A stretch of 64,000 bases of DNA. It comes from a virus. This document shows, in pieces, positions 46,213 through 55,865 of the stretch (the stretch's first letter is position 1; each line of letters opens with the position of its first letter). Under the pieces are notes generated by a model. The model did not search any database. It was not told the DNA's origin and saw nothing but the letters and a program-made list of their open reading frames with translations. Position numbers and translations under genes: made by a program. Location of the stretch: IMG/VR virus record IMGVR_UViG_3300044614_001780. The stretch is one strand, 5' to 3'.

Positions 46213-47730
46213 TCAGAACTTAAAGGTTGTCTGAACCAGAGCACCGAAAGTATCAAGACCATCGTTACCAGTAGGATTGCTCAGATAGAACACAGCAGGA
46301 GTTACAGCAATGTTATCGGTAACTTGCATCTTGTAATATGCCTCAAAAGCATAGTTGCCATCTTGAGCATTTACATCATTCTGCTTGGTAACAAAAGTAG
46401 GTTGTCCAACTGCAAAACCAAGAGCATTACCCTTAGCAAGTACATCCTTCCAAACCAGACCAGTATACCAGGACTGAGAAATAGTATCACCACCTTCAGT
46501 ATAACCAGAGTTATTATAACCCCAACCAGCAGAGATTGAAGGAACAATGCCAGAGGTAGAAGGTTGCCAGTAACCAGCAAGAGAGAACGAATTGGTCTGA
46601 CCACCAGTTGCACTATTGGGAAGTGCAGAAGTCAGAGTAGGAGTGCCTTGAATACTTACACCATTGTTGGAATAAGTATAAGCACCAGTTAGGTTCCAGT
46701 TCTTAGTGGTATACGCAAGTTGAGCAGTGGTAGAAGCAGCAGAGTTGCCGTTGAACATACCACCTTCAGCACTATCACCCTTGTCTGCATCACCAGCAAC
46801 ATAGGCACCACCAAGTGTCCAAGCACCTTTCTTAACCGAAGCACCGAAACCACCACCAAGAACTTTGCTGTAAGCACCAGGAGCACCGTTGAACTGGAAG
46901 ATGTTCAGGATTTTATCAGCAGTGTAGACAGAAGGCCACACAGGCAGAATGTCATCCTGACGAACACGAGGACCAGCAGTAATGGTTACATCTTTACCAG
47001 CAGGGAACTTATAGTAAAGACGGTTAATTGCAACTACGTCACCACCGTCAGCATTACCAAGGTTTTCTTGGAAACCAGCATCCAGTTTGGTGAGAGGAGT
47101 AGGAGCAGCACCGAAACCACTGTCATCAAAGTTACCAGCACGAAGTTGAGTACGCAGCAGGTCTTTACCAGTGAAAGAGGTATCCAGGTTCAGTTTCACA
47201 TCATAGTTGAAGGAAACTGCTTCACGAAGATTGTTGTAAGTATCCTTTTGGTTTCCACCATAAGACAGACCACCCAGAACCCACTTGGTTTCACCACGAA
47301 GTTTGGTAGTGGTGGAGAATTGAGTTGCTTCCAGTTGACCAACTTGTGCTTCCAGTTTATCAACACGACCACGAATTACTGCAAGTTCTTCTTGGAATTC
47401 TTTCGTAAGACGACTGAGTTCATCAGTCACTTCAGTTACACGGTCAAGGCAAGCATTGAGAAGTGCTGCTGCCTCATAACGAGTCATTGCCTTACCACCA
47501 CCGTAGGTGCCATTAGGATAACCTGCTACACATCCATAACGTTCTACGAGATTGCTAAGTGCCTGATATGCCCAATCGGTTGGTTGTACATCAGACAATT
47601 GAGAGACACTTGTAACCTGAGCAGAAGAGTATTGATTGACTGCTGCCATATTAAGGTCTGTGGCATTCGCAACAGCAGGAGCAATCATACCAAGAGCAAC
47701 GGGTGCAAGCATCAGTTGTTTGATTTTCAT
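46213..47730 (-). CDS. som: Cyanobacterial Som-type porin (SLH domain plus OprB-like barrel)
   Basis: LSDVQPTDWAYQALSNLVERYGCVAGYP..TRYEAAA..QFSTTTKLRGE..QTTFKF. Confidence 0.95.
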   Translation of the reverse strand: MKIKQLMLAPVALGMIAPAVANATDLNMAAVNQYSSAQVTSVSQLSDVQPTDWAYQALSNLVERYGCVAGYPNGTYGGGKAMTRYEAAALLNACLDRVTEVTDELSRLTKEFQEELAVIRGRVDKLEAQVGQLEATQFSTTTKLRGETKWVLGGLSYGGNQKDTYNNLREAVSFNYDVKLNLDTSFTGKDLLRTQLRAGNFDDSGFGAAPTPLTKLDAGFQENLGNADGGDVVAINRLYYKFPAGKDVTITAGPRVRQDDILPVWPSVYTADKILNIFQFNGAPGAYSKVLGGGFGASVKKGAWTLGGAYVAGDADKGDSAEGGMFNGNSAASTTAQLAYTTKNWNLTGAYTYSNNGVSIQGTPTLTSALPNSATGGQTNSFSLAGYWQPSTSGIVPSISAGWGYNNSGYTEGGDTISQSWYTGLVWKDVLAKGNALGFAVGQPTFVTKQNDVNAQDGNYAFEAYYKMQVTDNIAVTPAVFYLSNPTGNDGLDTFGALVQTTFKF

Positions 47731-47832
47731 AAAAATGTTTTTTGTGTACTAAACGACATATTGAGCACCCATACAAATAGTTGCGGCATGGGTGCTCAGG
47801 TCATTTATCTTAACATTTTTTTTGGGATCGTG

Positions 47833-48627
47833 TCAACCTTGTTCTTGATTTTGATTTTGGGTTATTCTTCCCAAATATGGGTCATAATTCATTAACTCTT
47901 CAATTTTTACATTTGATCCGTTTTGTTGCCAGAAATTTAAAAGTCCATCATGACTAGAACGATGGAAGATATCAATATGTTCTGGATGAATAGAAGACCC
48001 TAGAGATATTCTATACAAGAAAAGTGGAATGGAGAAAGTATTTCCAGAATTATAAACCAAATCATCAGCAACTGCTCTTGGTTTAACACCATTATCAAGT
48101 TTATATTTGTCTCCACGAATATGATGTTTGATAATTTTTTCTGCATGATGTCGAGATATCATGTAGCAAGCAGTAGAAAAATCATTTACAAATCTTTTAT
48201 GCAATTGAACGTGGAGTGGTCCTGTGCAAATAATTGCAAGTTGAATAACATCCCAATCATATGGGACTAAAGAGTAGAATTGACTCCAAGTAAAATCCCA
48301 ATTTTTTACAATTTGCAAATCAACGTCATCTTCCATAATGATTGCATATGGACTATCAGATGTCTCAAACCAATGTTTGATTGCTTTTAGGTGTGATGTA
48401 GTACATCCAATTTCTCCAGAAGTCATCATCTGAGGATATCTCCCAGAAACAATATCACTCAAATCATCTTCCCTGCCATCATAAGCAGAGATTCTTGTAT
48501 AATTTTCAATTTCCCATTCTTCAAATTGTTCTTCCATATATTCTTTTCTTTCTGGTTGCCCATCAAGATTTAAATAATAAATTGGACCTATGTTCTTAAG
48601 TTTATACGCAGATTTATTTTTATCCAT
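47833..48627 (-). CDS. Glycosyltransferase family 25
   Basis: YYLNLD..ERK..GEIGCTTSHL..IMEDD. Confidence 0.85.
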   Translation of the reverse strand: MDKNKSAYKLKNIGPIYYLNLDGQPERKEYMEEQFEEWEIENYTRISAYDGREDDLSDIVSGRYPQMMTSGEIGCTTSHLKAIKHWFETSDSPYAIIMEDDVDLQIVKNWDFTWSQFYSLVPYDWDVIQLAIICTGPLHVQLHKRFVNDFSTACYMISRHHAEKIIKHHIRGDKYKLDNGVKPRAVADDLVYNSGNTFSIPLFLYRISLGSSIHPEHIDIFHRSSHDGLLNFWQQNGSNVKIEELMNYDPYLGRITQNQNQEQG

Positions 48628-49484
48628 TAGATCACTTCCCAAGTATCACAATATAAATCTTTAGTGTCTTTGTCTGCATATGCAGGACCAAACCACATTT
48701 TTGGTGCTACAACTTTTCCTCTTTTATTTTGCAACCAAGCACCCCACCACGATAATGATGAATTTGCGATAATTGCTCCAGAGCACAATGACATTAAACA
48801 CAAATCAACATAAGGTGTGTATGAACCATCTCGATATTTTTCTTGTGGTTCAGAAATGAAGAATCTGTCCGAGGTAAACAATTCTTGTTCTTTAACCCAT
48901 TCTGGTGAATCAGAAAAAACAAGAATAGGTTGGTCTTCATCAAAAAGTTTCAAAGCATTTTCATAGTATTCTATTGGTTGAACTGGGTGAGTATCCGCAA
49001 GGTTTACATATGCCCACTTAAATCCCCTGGAATCTACCAAGTTTGGATCTCCTCTCCTCACATGAAGAAATACTGGTTCTTTTTCAAATTCCGAAATAAA
49101 CTCTTTGCATGGTCCCAAAATTCCATCGTCAAAGGTAAAATCCTCACGAATTTCATCTTCAATATCTTTAAACCATTTTTCAGATTGAAAAAATCCAAAA
49201 AGACTTACATCGTCAGGGCACAAATGGTGAAGAGATTCATCATAATGAAAATACTTTTCAACAACAACTGGTGCATGTCCTTGGTCTAGAAACTTAAGAT
49301 TACCAGTATGAACGTTGGTAAGGTTAAAGCATACATGCAAACTATAGTTATCAACCCTTTTTGAATCAAAAGGGGGAATGCAAAAATCATATCCTCTACG
49401 TCTAGCAATTCCCTTCAAAGCAGCATACTGGAACATTTGATTTCCAAGTCTGCCGTTATTTCCAAGTCCATTAAACGCTAACAT
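48627..49484 (-). CDS. Alpha-1,2-fucosyltransferase-like (GT11), copy 2
   Basis: GRLGNQMFQYA; FQSEKWF; HVRRGD; IANSSLSWWGAWL. Confidence 0.9.
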   Translation of the reverse strand: MLAFNGLGNNGRLGNQMFQYAALKGIARRRGYDFCIPPFDSKRVDNYSLHVCFNLTNVHTGNLKFLDQGHAPVVVEKYFHYDESLHHLCPDDVSLFGFFQSEKWFKDIEDEIREDFTFDDGILGPCKEFISEFEKEPVFLHVRRGDPNLVDSRGFKWAYVNLADTHPVQPIEYYENALKLFDEDQPILVFSDSPEWVKEQELFTSDRFFISEPQEKYRDGSYTPYVDLCLMSLCSGAIIANSSLSWWGAWLQNKRGKVVAPKMWFGPAYADKDTKDLYCDTWEVI

Positions 49485-50289
49485 TTAATTTTTCTCCTCT
49501 GTTAATTAGATACTGTTGTTTCTCATAGTATTTTACTACAGTTTCTCTGTCCTGATTTCTAAACCACTGCCAAAGATTATAGTTATCCATAAATTTTGGA
49601 TTATTATAGTGAGAATTAAAAGTTCTACCATGCTCAAGATGATAGACAACATCATTGACTCTTCCAACTCGATAATTAAGAAGATTCAATCTGTAATAAA
49701 ACTCACAATCTTCTGCTCCCCAAGAAATAAAATTCTCGTTCCACATGCCAATATTGATTTCTGTCTGACGTTTAATCATTTGCCCCCACCCAATTGTGGA
49801 TGAAGCATTTCTAGAATTTGAATTTAAAATTTGATAATTAAACTTTGAATTTAAAAACTCTTCATAAACATTCATTGGGTAGTCAACTGCAAGTTGATAA
49901 ATTCCACAACCAAAGGGATAAATCGCATCACATTGGTCTTCAGCAAGTGCAGCATATGCCAAATGATATGATTGAATAGGAAGAATCATATCAACATCAT
50001 GATTGAAAATAATTTCAGATTTAGATTCAACTAACAAATCATTTAAGATACGAGTTTTATGAAATGCCTTTTCATCACTTTCCTCGTAAATATGAATTAA
50101 ATTAGTTGTATCTGCATATTTTCTAATTTCTGGTATTGCTCTAAATTTAAAATTAGAACGAGTATCAACTTCTTTGATTATAACATTTGAGTCTGGAAAA
50201 TTATGAAGAAGAAAGGAGACTGTTGTAATTATGTTCTTTAATCTATCTTCACTTTCAATCCTACATGGCATCAAAAAATCAAGTTTCAT
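49471..50289 (-). CDS. GT-A glycosyltransferase (GT7-C/galactosyltransferase-like)
   Basis: FHKTRILN..HDVD..WNENFISWGAEDCEF..YHLEH. Confidence 0.8.
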   Translation of the reverse strand: MKLDFLMPCRIESEDRLKNIITTVSFLLHNFPDSNVIIKEVDTRSNFKFRAIPEIRKYADTTNLIHIYEESDEKAFHKTRILNDLLVESKSEIIFNHDVDMILPIQSYHLAYAALAEDQCDAIYPFGCGIYQLAVDYPMNVYEEFLNSKFNYQILNSNSRNASSTIGWGQMIKRQTEINIGMWNENFISWGAEDCEFYYRLNLLNYRVGRVNDVVYHLEHGRTFNSHYNNPKFMDNYNLWQWFRNQDRETVVKYYEKQQYLINRGEKLNVSV

Positions 50290-50290
50290 A

Positions 50291-51184
50291 TCAAACCTCT
50301 GCTGGAATTTCCTTTGGATCATTATACTTTTCAATCCATCCCTCTGGGATTAAATCATCCATAATATAATGTTCATACGCAGAACCAAACCAAGGTTTAG
50401 GTGCAATTACTTTTTTATTTTTATTATTAATTAACCAAGCACCCCACCAGGATAAAGAACTATTTGCAATAATTGCATCACTACAGAGAGACATCAAACA
50501 CAAATCAACGTAAGGAACTGATGCTCCATCAGGAAAAAGTTCCAAAGAATTATCTGAAAATAGGAACCTGTCTCCTTTAAAGAATTCTTGATTTTTACAC
50601 CAATCAATAACATCAGAAAAAACAATTACTTGATAAGAATCATCAAATTCTTTAAGTGCTTCTTCATAATATTCAAATTTGCACAAGGGATGGTACTGTT
50701 GAAGCATTTGATATGACCAACGTTCACCTCTTACACCTTGGAGATTTGGATTTCCTCTGCGAACATGCAAAAATACCAACTTATCATTTCCAATGCTTTC
50801 AATATATTCCTTGCATGGTTCTAACCATTCATCTTTAAATTGAAAATCTTCACGAATCTCATCTGCAATATGCTTAAAATATTTTTCTGACTGAAAATAT
50901 CCATCAAGGTCAATATTATCTGGGCATTGCTCAAAAAGATTTTCATTGAAATGAAACTCTCTCCAAGAAATAGTTTGCTTTGGTTGTTCTCCCTGATTAA
51001 CATCTTTACAATTTACCAGTTTAAACGCATCAAAAAGTCCATAGTTATCACATCTATCTGCATCAGCAGGAGGAACCATCCATTGATATCCCTTATGTGC
51101 TGCGATTCCTCTAATTGCAGCATATTGGAACATTTGATTGCCAAGTCTCCCAGCATTGCCGAGACCATTAAATGAAATTGCCAT
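50291..51184 (-). CDS. Alpha-1,2-fucosyltransferase-like (GT11), copy 1
   Basis: GRLGNQMFQYA; GYFQSEKYF; HVRRGN; NSSLSWWGAWL. Confidence 0.9.
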   Translation of the reverse strand: MAISFNGLGNAGRLGNQMFQYAAIRGIAAHKGYQWMVPPADADRCDNYGLFDAFKLVNCKDVNQGEQPKQTISWREFHFNENLFEQCPDNIDLDGYFQSEKYFKHIADEIREDFQFKDEWLEPCKEYIESIGNDKLVFLHVRRGNPNLQGVRGERWSYQMLQQYHPLCKFEYYEEALKEFDDSYQVIVFSDVIDWCKNQEFFKGDRFLFSDNSLELFPDGASVPYVDLCLMSLCSDAIIANSSLSWWGAWLINNKNKKVIAPKPWFGSAYEHYIMDDLIPEGWIEKYNDPKEIPAEV

Positions 51185-51193
51185 CTCTTCTCC

Positions 51194-51844
51194 TTAGTTT
51201 TTCTTTACGAATAAAACATCACCCCAATCAGAGGTATGTTCAAATGTTTCTACAGGTTCAAATCCAAATGAATTTAAATATGTTTTAAGTTCATCAAACA
51301 TTACGTTATCAACATAATCTGGATTACTCCAAGTTGCTTCTGTTGTCACGTATGAAACATGCTCTAGGACTTTAGATGCTCCTTTAAGGACCATCAATTC
51401 TGCTCCTTGCGTATCCATATCAAGGAGTTGAAAATCACTAAAGTTAAATTCATTTTCTTCGAGCAAAGTATCGAGTCTAACAGTATCAACTTTAATTGTT
51501 TTTTTATGCCAAGATTCAAATCTTCCTTGAGGTTTTAAAAGAGAAGAGCATCCTTTATTTCCTTTCATGAATGCAGCATCTGGACCATAACAAACATGAA
51601 AATCAATGTCTTTCTGATCCACATCACTAGCAGCAACACAGAATCCATGAGATTCCACAAAACTATCTGCTCTTTCTAAAGCAATCTTCAACTCTTCAAA
51701 TACTTCTGGATTTGGTTCAATCCAAATTATTTGCTTGGCACCAAGTTTTTCATAGTCGAAAATTTCTTCTCCACGATGAGCACCAACGTGAATTACTCCA
51801 TCGACTTTAATATTATTTTCCGAAAAATATTTGTATTGACTCAT
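51194..51844 (-). CDS. FkbM-family methyltransferase
   Basis: HVGAHRGEE..IEPNP..SSLL..MDTQGAELMVLKG. Confidence 0.88.
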   Translation of the reverse strand: MSQYKYFSENNIKVDGVIHVGAHRGEEIFDYEKLGAKQIIWIEPNPEVFEELKIALERADSFVESHGFCVAASDVDQKDIDFHVCYGPDAAFMKGNKGCSSLLKPQGRFESWHKKTIKVDTVRLDTLLEENEFNFSDFQLLDMDTQGAELMVLKGASKVLEHVSYVTTEATWSNPDYVDNVMFDELKTYLNSFGFEPVETFEHTSDWGDVLFVKKN

Positions 51845-52641
51845 TTAAAATAATTGGTATAGATAAAATCCTCTGCGACAGGAAAGTTTAAAGAACGTTC
51901 AAAATTATCTTTAACTGCATCCATTTTAGAATGATAAAGGTCTTCTGTCAATGAAGAGATATCAAAATCATCATCTAGGAATATAATTCCTTCTTCATTG
52001 AAATACTCAGTAATTCCTCTACATCCATAAAAAATTGGAATAGTTCCAGTAGCAAAACAATCTGTAATCTTCTCAGTGAAATAGGTATCATAAACTGCAT
52101 TTTCTACTGCAATAGAGAACATATAATCCTTTAGTGCTTCTTCTTTACAAGAAATATCTCGGATACCCCTACCAAATAAATCTACTTGGTCTTTGAACTT
52201 ATTCACAAACTCAAGTCTCTTTATATGTCCAGGAACCATAGACTTATTTGATGAGACCATAGAAACTAATTTGGTCTTTTCAAATATCTGTCTATCTACA
52301 ACCCAAGGTGCAGCATTACTAATTGCATATTTAATCTTTGGATATTTTTCACATAATTCCCTATCGCAACTAAAAATACCATCAACTCTAGTAGCAGCAA
52401 ACTCATAATTTTTAATAACCCAATCATAGATTGGTTTGATGATTTGTTTGGATTCCAACAACCAAATATATGTTGGTTTGGTCTGAACTGTAGAAAATGC
52501 TTCTAGAGAACGTTGATTTACATAAAAATTAACGTCTCCAGAACCATCATAAACCCACTCAGTGAACTTAGAAGTATTTTTATCTGAAGTGGATGGAAGA
52601 AGAGAATCGTTACAATAAAGATTAATCTTAAACTTGCTCAT
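51841..52641 (-). CDS. GT10-like (alpha-1,3-fucosyltransferase-like) glycosyltransferase
   Basis: YMFSIAVEN..YFTEKITDCFATGTIPIFYG. Confidence 0.8.
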   Translation of the reverse strand: MSKFKINLYCNDSLLPSTSDKNTSKFTEWVYDGSGDVNFYVNQRSLEAFSTVQTKPTYIWLLESKQIIKPIYDWVIKNYEFAATRVDGIFSCDRELCEKYPKIKYAISNAAPWVVDRQIFEKTKLVSMVSSNKSMVPGHIKRLEFVNKFKDQVDLFGRGIRDISCKEEALKDYMFSIAVENAVYDTYFTEKITDCFATGTIPIFYGCRGITEYFNEEGIIFLDDDFDISSLTEDLYHSKMDAVKDNFERSLNFPVAEDFIYTNYFK

Positions 52642-53476
52642 TCTTCATTGCCTCAAAGACCTTAGCAATTCCTTGCTCGATAGAAGTTTTTGGCATCCAC
52701 CACTTAGTCAAATATGTGTCTGGTTGATTTCTCTTATCCATTTGAACAGAATCTTTTTGTTCAGAAGGTTGAATTCTAATTTCTTTTCCAATCAGATTAA
52801 ATTGTCCACTAATTATGCCAGCAATATCAATAATTTTTGTCGAACGGAAACTAGTGATGTGGAGGTTATCTTCCGACGTAAAATCATTGAAATCCTCCAT
52901 AATTTTCTCAAGCGCTTCACAGCAATCTTCTGCATACAAAAACTCCCTTTCCTCATGTCCATCAGTAAGCATATCAATTACACCAGTCTCGAATCCCTTA
53001 CGAATAAAGTCTGTGATAACATGTGCTTTATCATGGTCTTTTTCAACACCATAAACATTCCAGAACTTAACAATAAGTCCATTAAGAGACTTGGTATAAA
53101 GTTCACCAACATTTTTAAGAACTCCATATGGAGAATAACTCATATTGCTCATCTGAGATGATGCAAAAACAAACCTTTTATTATACTTCTTAAGAAGTCC
53201 AAAGGCATTTGCCATCAAACGAGCATTGTTATCAATGAACTGGAAAGTATGTTGATATTTTTTAAGGTATCTAGAACCACCAACATCAAATGCAAGGAAG
53301 AATACAAAGTCAGAATCTTTGATATTATCCTCCAAGTTTTGATTTGGGATAACAGTCATATCTTGTTCTGGTCCATTCACAACATCAAATTCATTGACGG
53401 TATGACCTTTTCCACGAAGATATTCGGTCAGGTATGCTCCAACCTGACCACTTGAACCTAATACTGAGATTTTCAT
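52628..53476 (-). CDS. NAD-dependent epimerase/dehydratase
   Basis: GSSGQVG; FASS; YGVLK (YxxxK); NVYG; REFLY. Confidence 0.85.
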   Translation of the reverse strand: MKISVLGSSGQVGAYLTEYLRGKGHTVNEFDVVNGPEQDMTVIPNQNLEDNIKDSDFVFFLAFDVGGSRYLKKYQHTFQFIDNNARLMANAFGLLKKYNKRFVFASSQMSNMSYSPYGVLKNVGELYTKSLNGLIVKFWNVYGVEKDHDKAHVITDFIRKGFETGVIDMLTDGHEEREFLYAEDCCEALEKIMEDFNDFTSEDNLHITSFRSTKIIDIAGIISGQFNLIGKEIRIQPSEQKDSVQMDKRNQPDTYLTKWWMPKTSIEQGIAKVFEAMKNEQV

Positions 53477-54165
53477 TCTAAGCTATCTACTATCCAAAGA
53501 GTTTGTACGTGTGGATATGCATATCCATTTTGATATAATTTAGTCATCGAGATTCCCCACTTATCTAGAATCTCTTTATGTGCTCGTGATTCCCCATCCT
53601 TAAATTCTTCAAATCCTGGAGTTCCCCCCCAATCATCGTATCCGATTAAAGTACCAGGAACAATGAGATTATTTTCCATCAAATAATCAAATGCATATTT
53701 TGTTGGAGAATAAATGTCTAAATCAAAATCAACATAAAATGCTGGTTTTAAATCTTTTTGTTGAGGAAGAGTCTCTTCAACAAGTCCAGCAATAACAGAT
53801 ACTTTACTTTGATTATTTCTACCTGTAAAGATATTTTGAACTTCATTTTGAATATGCTTTGCACAATCATCTGAAGTATCCAGACTCATATACTTTAGCA
53901 CATTAAATTCATCTGGAAAAATATCTGGATTCCAGGAATCTTGGAAAATGGGTTCTGCTGTTTCTTTTGGCATTCCAGTAAAAACATCAAACCCATAAAA
54001 ATTATTAACTTCTATTTTATGTCTATTTAAAATAGAAGCAATTTCTTTCATCGACCCACCATTAAAAACACCAAATTGATAAACATCATAATTTACCAAT
54101 TCTTCTTTTTCAAAACTATTATGGTCGTTAACTGCAACATCTAATAAAGAAGTTCTCCAACTCAT
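53473..54165 (-). CDS. TylF/MycF-like O-methyltransferase
   Basis: QFGVFNGGS..GFDVFTGMP..VDFDLDIY..GTLIGYDDW. Confidence 0.75.
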   Translation of the reverse strand: MSWRTSLLDVAVNDHNSFEKEELVNYDVYQFGVFNGGSMKEIASILNRHKIEVNNFYGFDVFTGMPKETAEPIFQDSWNPDIFPDEFNVLKYMSLDTSDDCAKHIQNEVQNIFTGRNNQSKVSVIAGLVEETLPQQKDLKPAFYVDFDLDIYSPTKYAFDYLMENNLIVPGTLIGYDDWGGTPGFEEFKDGESRAHKEILDKWGISMTKLYQNGYAYPHVQTLWIVDSLE

Positions 54166-55217
54166 GATTGTTTTTTAGCAATTTGACCACTAATCCATTC
54201 ATATGTTTTACGAATACCTTCTTCAAGAGTCTGAGAATAATCCCAACCCAGTTTTTCACGAATCAAATCATTATTTGAATTGCGACCACGAACACCAAGA
54301 GGTGCATCGAGTTTATGTTCTTTATCTACATTCTTGCCAGAAACTTTAGCAGCAGTTTCAACCAATTGATTGATGGTAACCATTTCTTCTGACCCAATGT
54401 TAACTGGTCCAATAAAATTGGAATCCATCAATCGTCTTGTTGCTTCGATGCATTCATCAATATAGAGGAAAGATCTAGTTTGTTTTCCATCTCCCCATAC
54501 TTCGATAGAACCTCCCTCAGACGGAAGATATGCCACCTTTCTACAAATCGCAGCAGGAGCTTTTTCTCTTCCTCCTTCCCAGGTCCCCTCTGGTCCAAAG
54601 ATGTTATGATATCTAGCAACACGTACAGGAATGCCGTAATTCCTATTGTAAGCAAAATATAGACGCTCACTAAAAAGTTTTTCCCAACCATATTCAGAGT
54701 CTGGATTGGCAGGATAAGCAGAAGACTCCCTACAATCAGGATTATCGGGATCAAGTTGGTTATGCTCAGGGTACATGCAAGCAGAACCAGAATAGAAAAT
54801 TTTAGTATCGTTTTTACCGAATTTTTCATTTAATTTATGCTGCTCCTCAAGAACATTCAAATTAATAGTTGCTGAGTTGTGCATAATGTCAGCATCATTT
54901 TCACCAGTGAAGACAAATCCTGCACCACCCATATCAGCAGCAAACTGATAAATCTCATCAAATGCTTGGATATAACGGTAAGGAACTGACTGATAGAAAT
55001 TGCCTCTATCTCCCTTATATTCAAGCACACGACGAACAAAATCTACATCACGCAAATCTCCCTGAACAAATTCATTTGCCTCAGTGGGAGAAAATTCTGG
55101 ATATTTAAGGTCTACTCCACGAACCCAATATCCTTCAGAACGAAGTCTTTTAACCATGTGACTTCCAATAAAACCACCAGCACCTAAAACAAGTGCTTTC
55201 TTAATGTATTGACCCAT
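54162..55217 (-). CDS. GDP-mannose 3,5-epimerase-like SDR
   Basis: GAGGFIG; AADMGGAGF; SACMYP; YGWEK; GTWEGGREKAPAAICRK; WGDGKQTRSF. Confidence 0.88.
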   Translation of the reverse strand: MGQYIKKALVLGAGGFIGSHMVKRLRSEGYWVRGVDLKYPEFSPTEANEFVQGDLRDVDFVRRVLEYKGDRGNFYQSVPYRYIQAFDEIYQFAADMGGAGFVFTGENDADIMHNSATINLNVLEEQHKLNEKFGKNDTKIFYSGSACMYPEHNQLDPDNPDCRESSAYPANPDSEYGWEKLFSERLYFAYNRNYGIPVRVARYHNIFGPEGTWEGGREKAPAAICRKVAYLPSEGGSIEVWGDGKQTRSFLYIDECIEATRRLMDSNFIGPVNIGSEEMVTINQLVETAAKVSGKNVDKEHKLDAPLGVRGRNSNNDLIREKLGWDYSQTLEEGIRKTYEWISGQIAKKQS

Positions 55218-55252
55218 ACTTTAATCAAGAAAATAATAATTCTTTAGTATAT

Positions 55253-55292
55253 ATCATACTAAAAAAGAGGGGTATTGTAAACCCCTCTTTTT
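55253..55292 (-). terminator. Terminator hairpin containing the -35 of the glycosylation operon promoter
   Basis: agagggg-TTTACA-at-acccctc-tttttt; TTTACA-17-TATGAT. Confidence 0.7.
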
Positions 55293-55296
55293 ATAG

Positions 55297-55690
55297 TTTA
55301 TTTTTAACTGGAGATAATAACCAGGCGGGAGTTATCCCATCCGCACCACCAATTTTTTAGAGAAATTGGAAACTCAATCAGTTGTTCGATTTCTCGGCTC
55401 CACCACCTAGTTTTACTTAACTAGGAAAAGTTGAGTTAACTTTGCAAATTCTATGACTCCATAAAATACACAAAGGATTAAAACATCCCAAAGCTTAAGT
55501 TTAATTGCAAAAGGTACTGTAAATAAACCACCAATACATTTTATTAATAATCCATATTTAAAATCACCCCAAAGAAGAACAAAATATCCAACTATTAAAA
55601 GAAAATTTCCAATATACCTAAGAAGGTCTGCTTTAATCATGTATTAACCCAAGGCACTCCGACCAGTACTGTTAAAGTCCATCCGTGACT
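55297..55690 (-). ncRNA. manA/wcaG-like cyanophage structured RNA (repeated pseudoknot + UGGUG units) interrupted by an ORF
   Basis: Units GAG-tttccaattt-CTC..aaattgg-TGGTG and ACTT-ttcctagtt-AAGT..aactagg-TGGTG; 5' unit AGTCACGGATGGACT..TGGTCGG; upstream of a nucleotide-sugar epimerase. Confidence 0.55.
55413..55640 (-). CDS. 75-aa three-TM membrane protein
   Basis: LRYIGNFLLIVGYFVLLWG..PFAIKLKLWDV. Confidence 0.65.
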   Translation of the reverse strand: MIKADLLRYIGNFLLIVGYFVLLWGDFKYGLLIKCIGGLFTVPFAIKLKLWDVLILCVFYGVIEFAKLTQLFLVK

Positions 55691-55694
55691 ATTT

Positions 55695-55865
55695 TTAAGA
55701 AGCATCATTATGCTCTGTATGTATTTTAATCACTTCACAGTCAGATGGCACAATTGATACCAAACGACCCGTTTTATCTTGAATTAAAAATGATTCTCCA
55801 TTTTCAACTCTATCAATATAATTATCAAAGTTTTTTTGAAAAGATTCAATGGAGATTTTTTCCAT
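55695..55865 (-). CDS. Phd/YefM-like antitoxin-fold protein
   Basis: MEKISIESFQKNFDNYIDRVENGESFLI..VSIVP pattern. Confidence 0.65.
   Translation of the reverse strand: MEKISIESFQKNFDNYIDRVENGESFLIQDKTGRLVSIVPSDCEVIKIHTEHNDAS

Noticed and set aside
46720-47895. 391-aa plus-strand ORF
   Set aside because: Antisense shadow of the porin gene; biased codon usage removes stops on the opposite strand and the translation has no recognisable motif.
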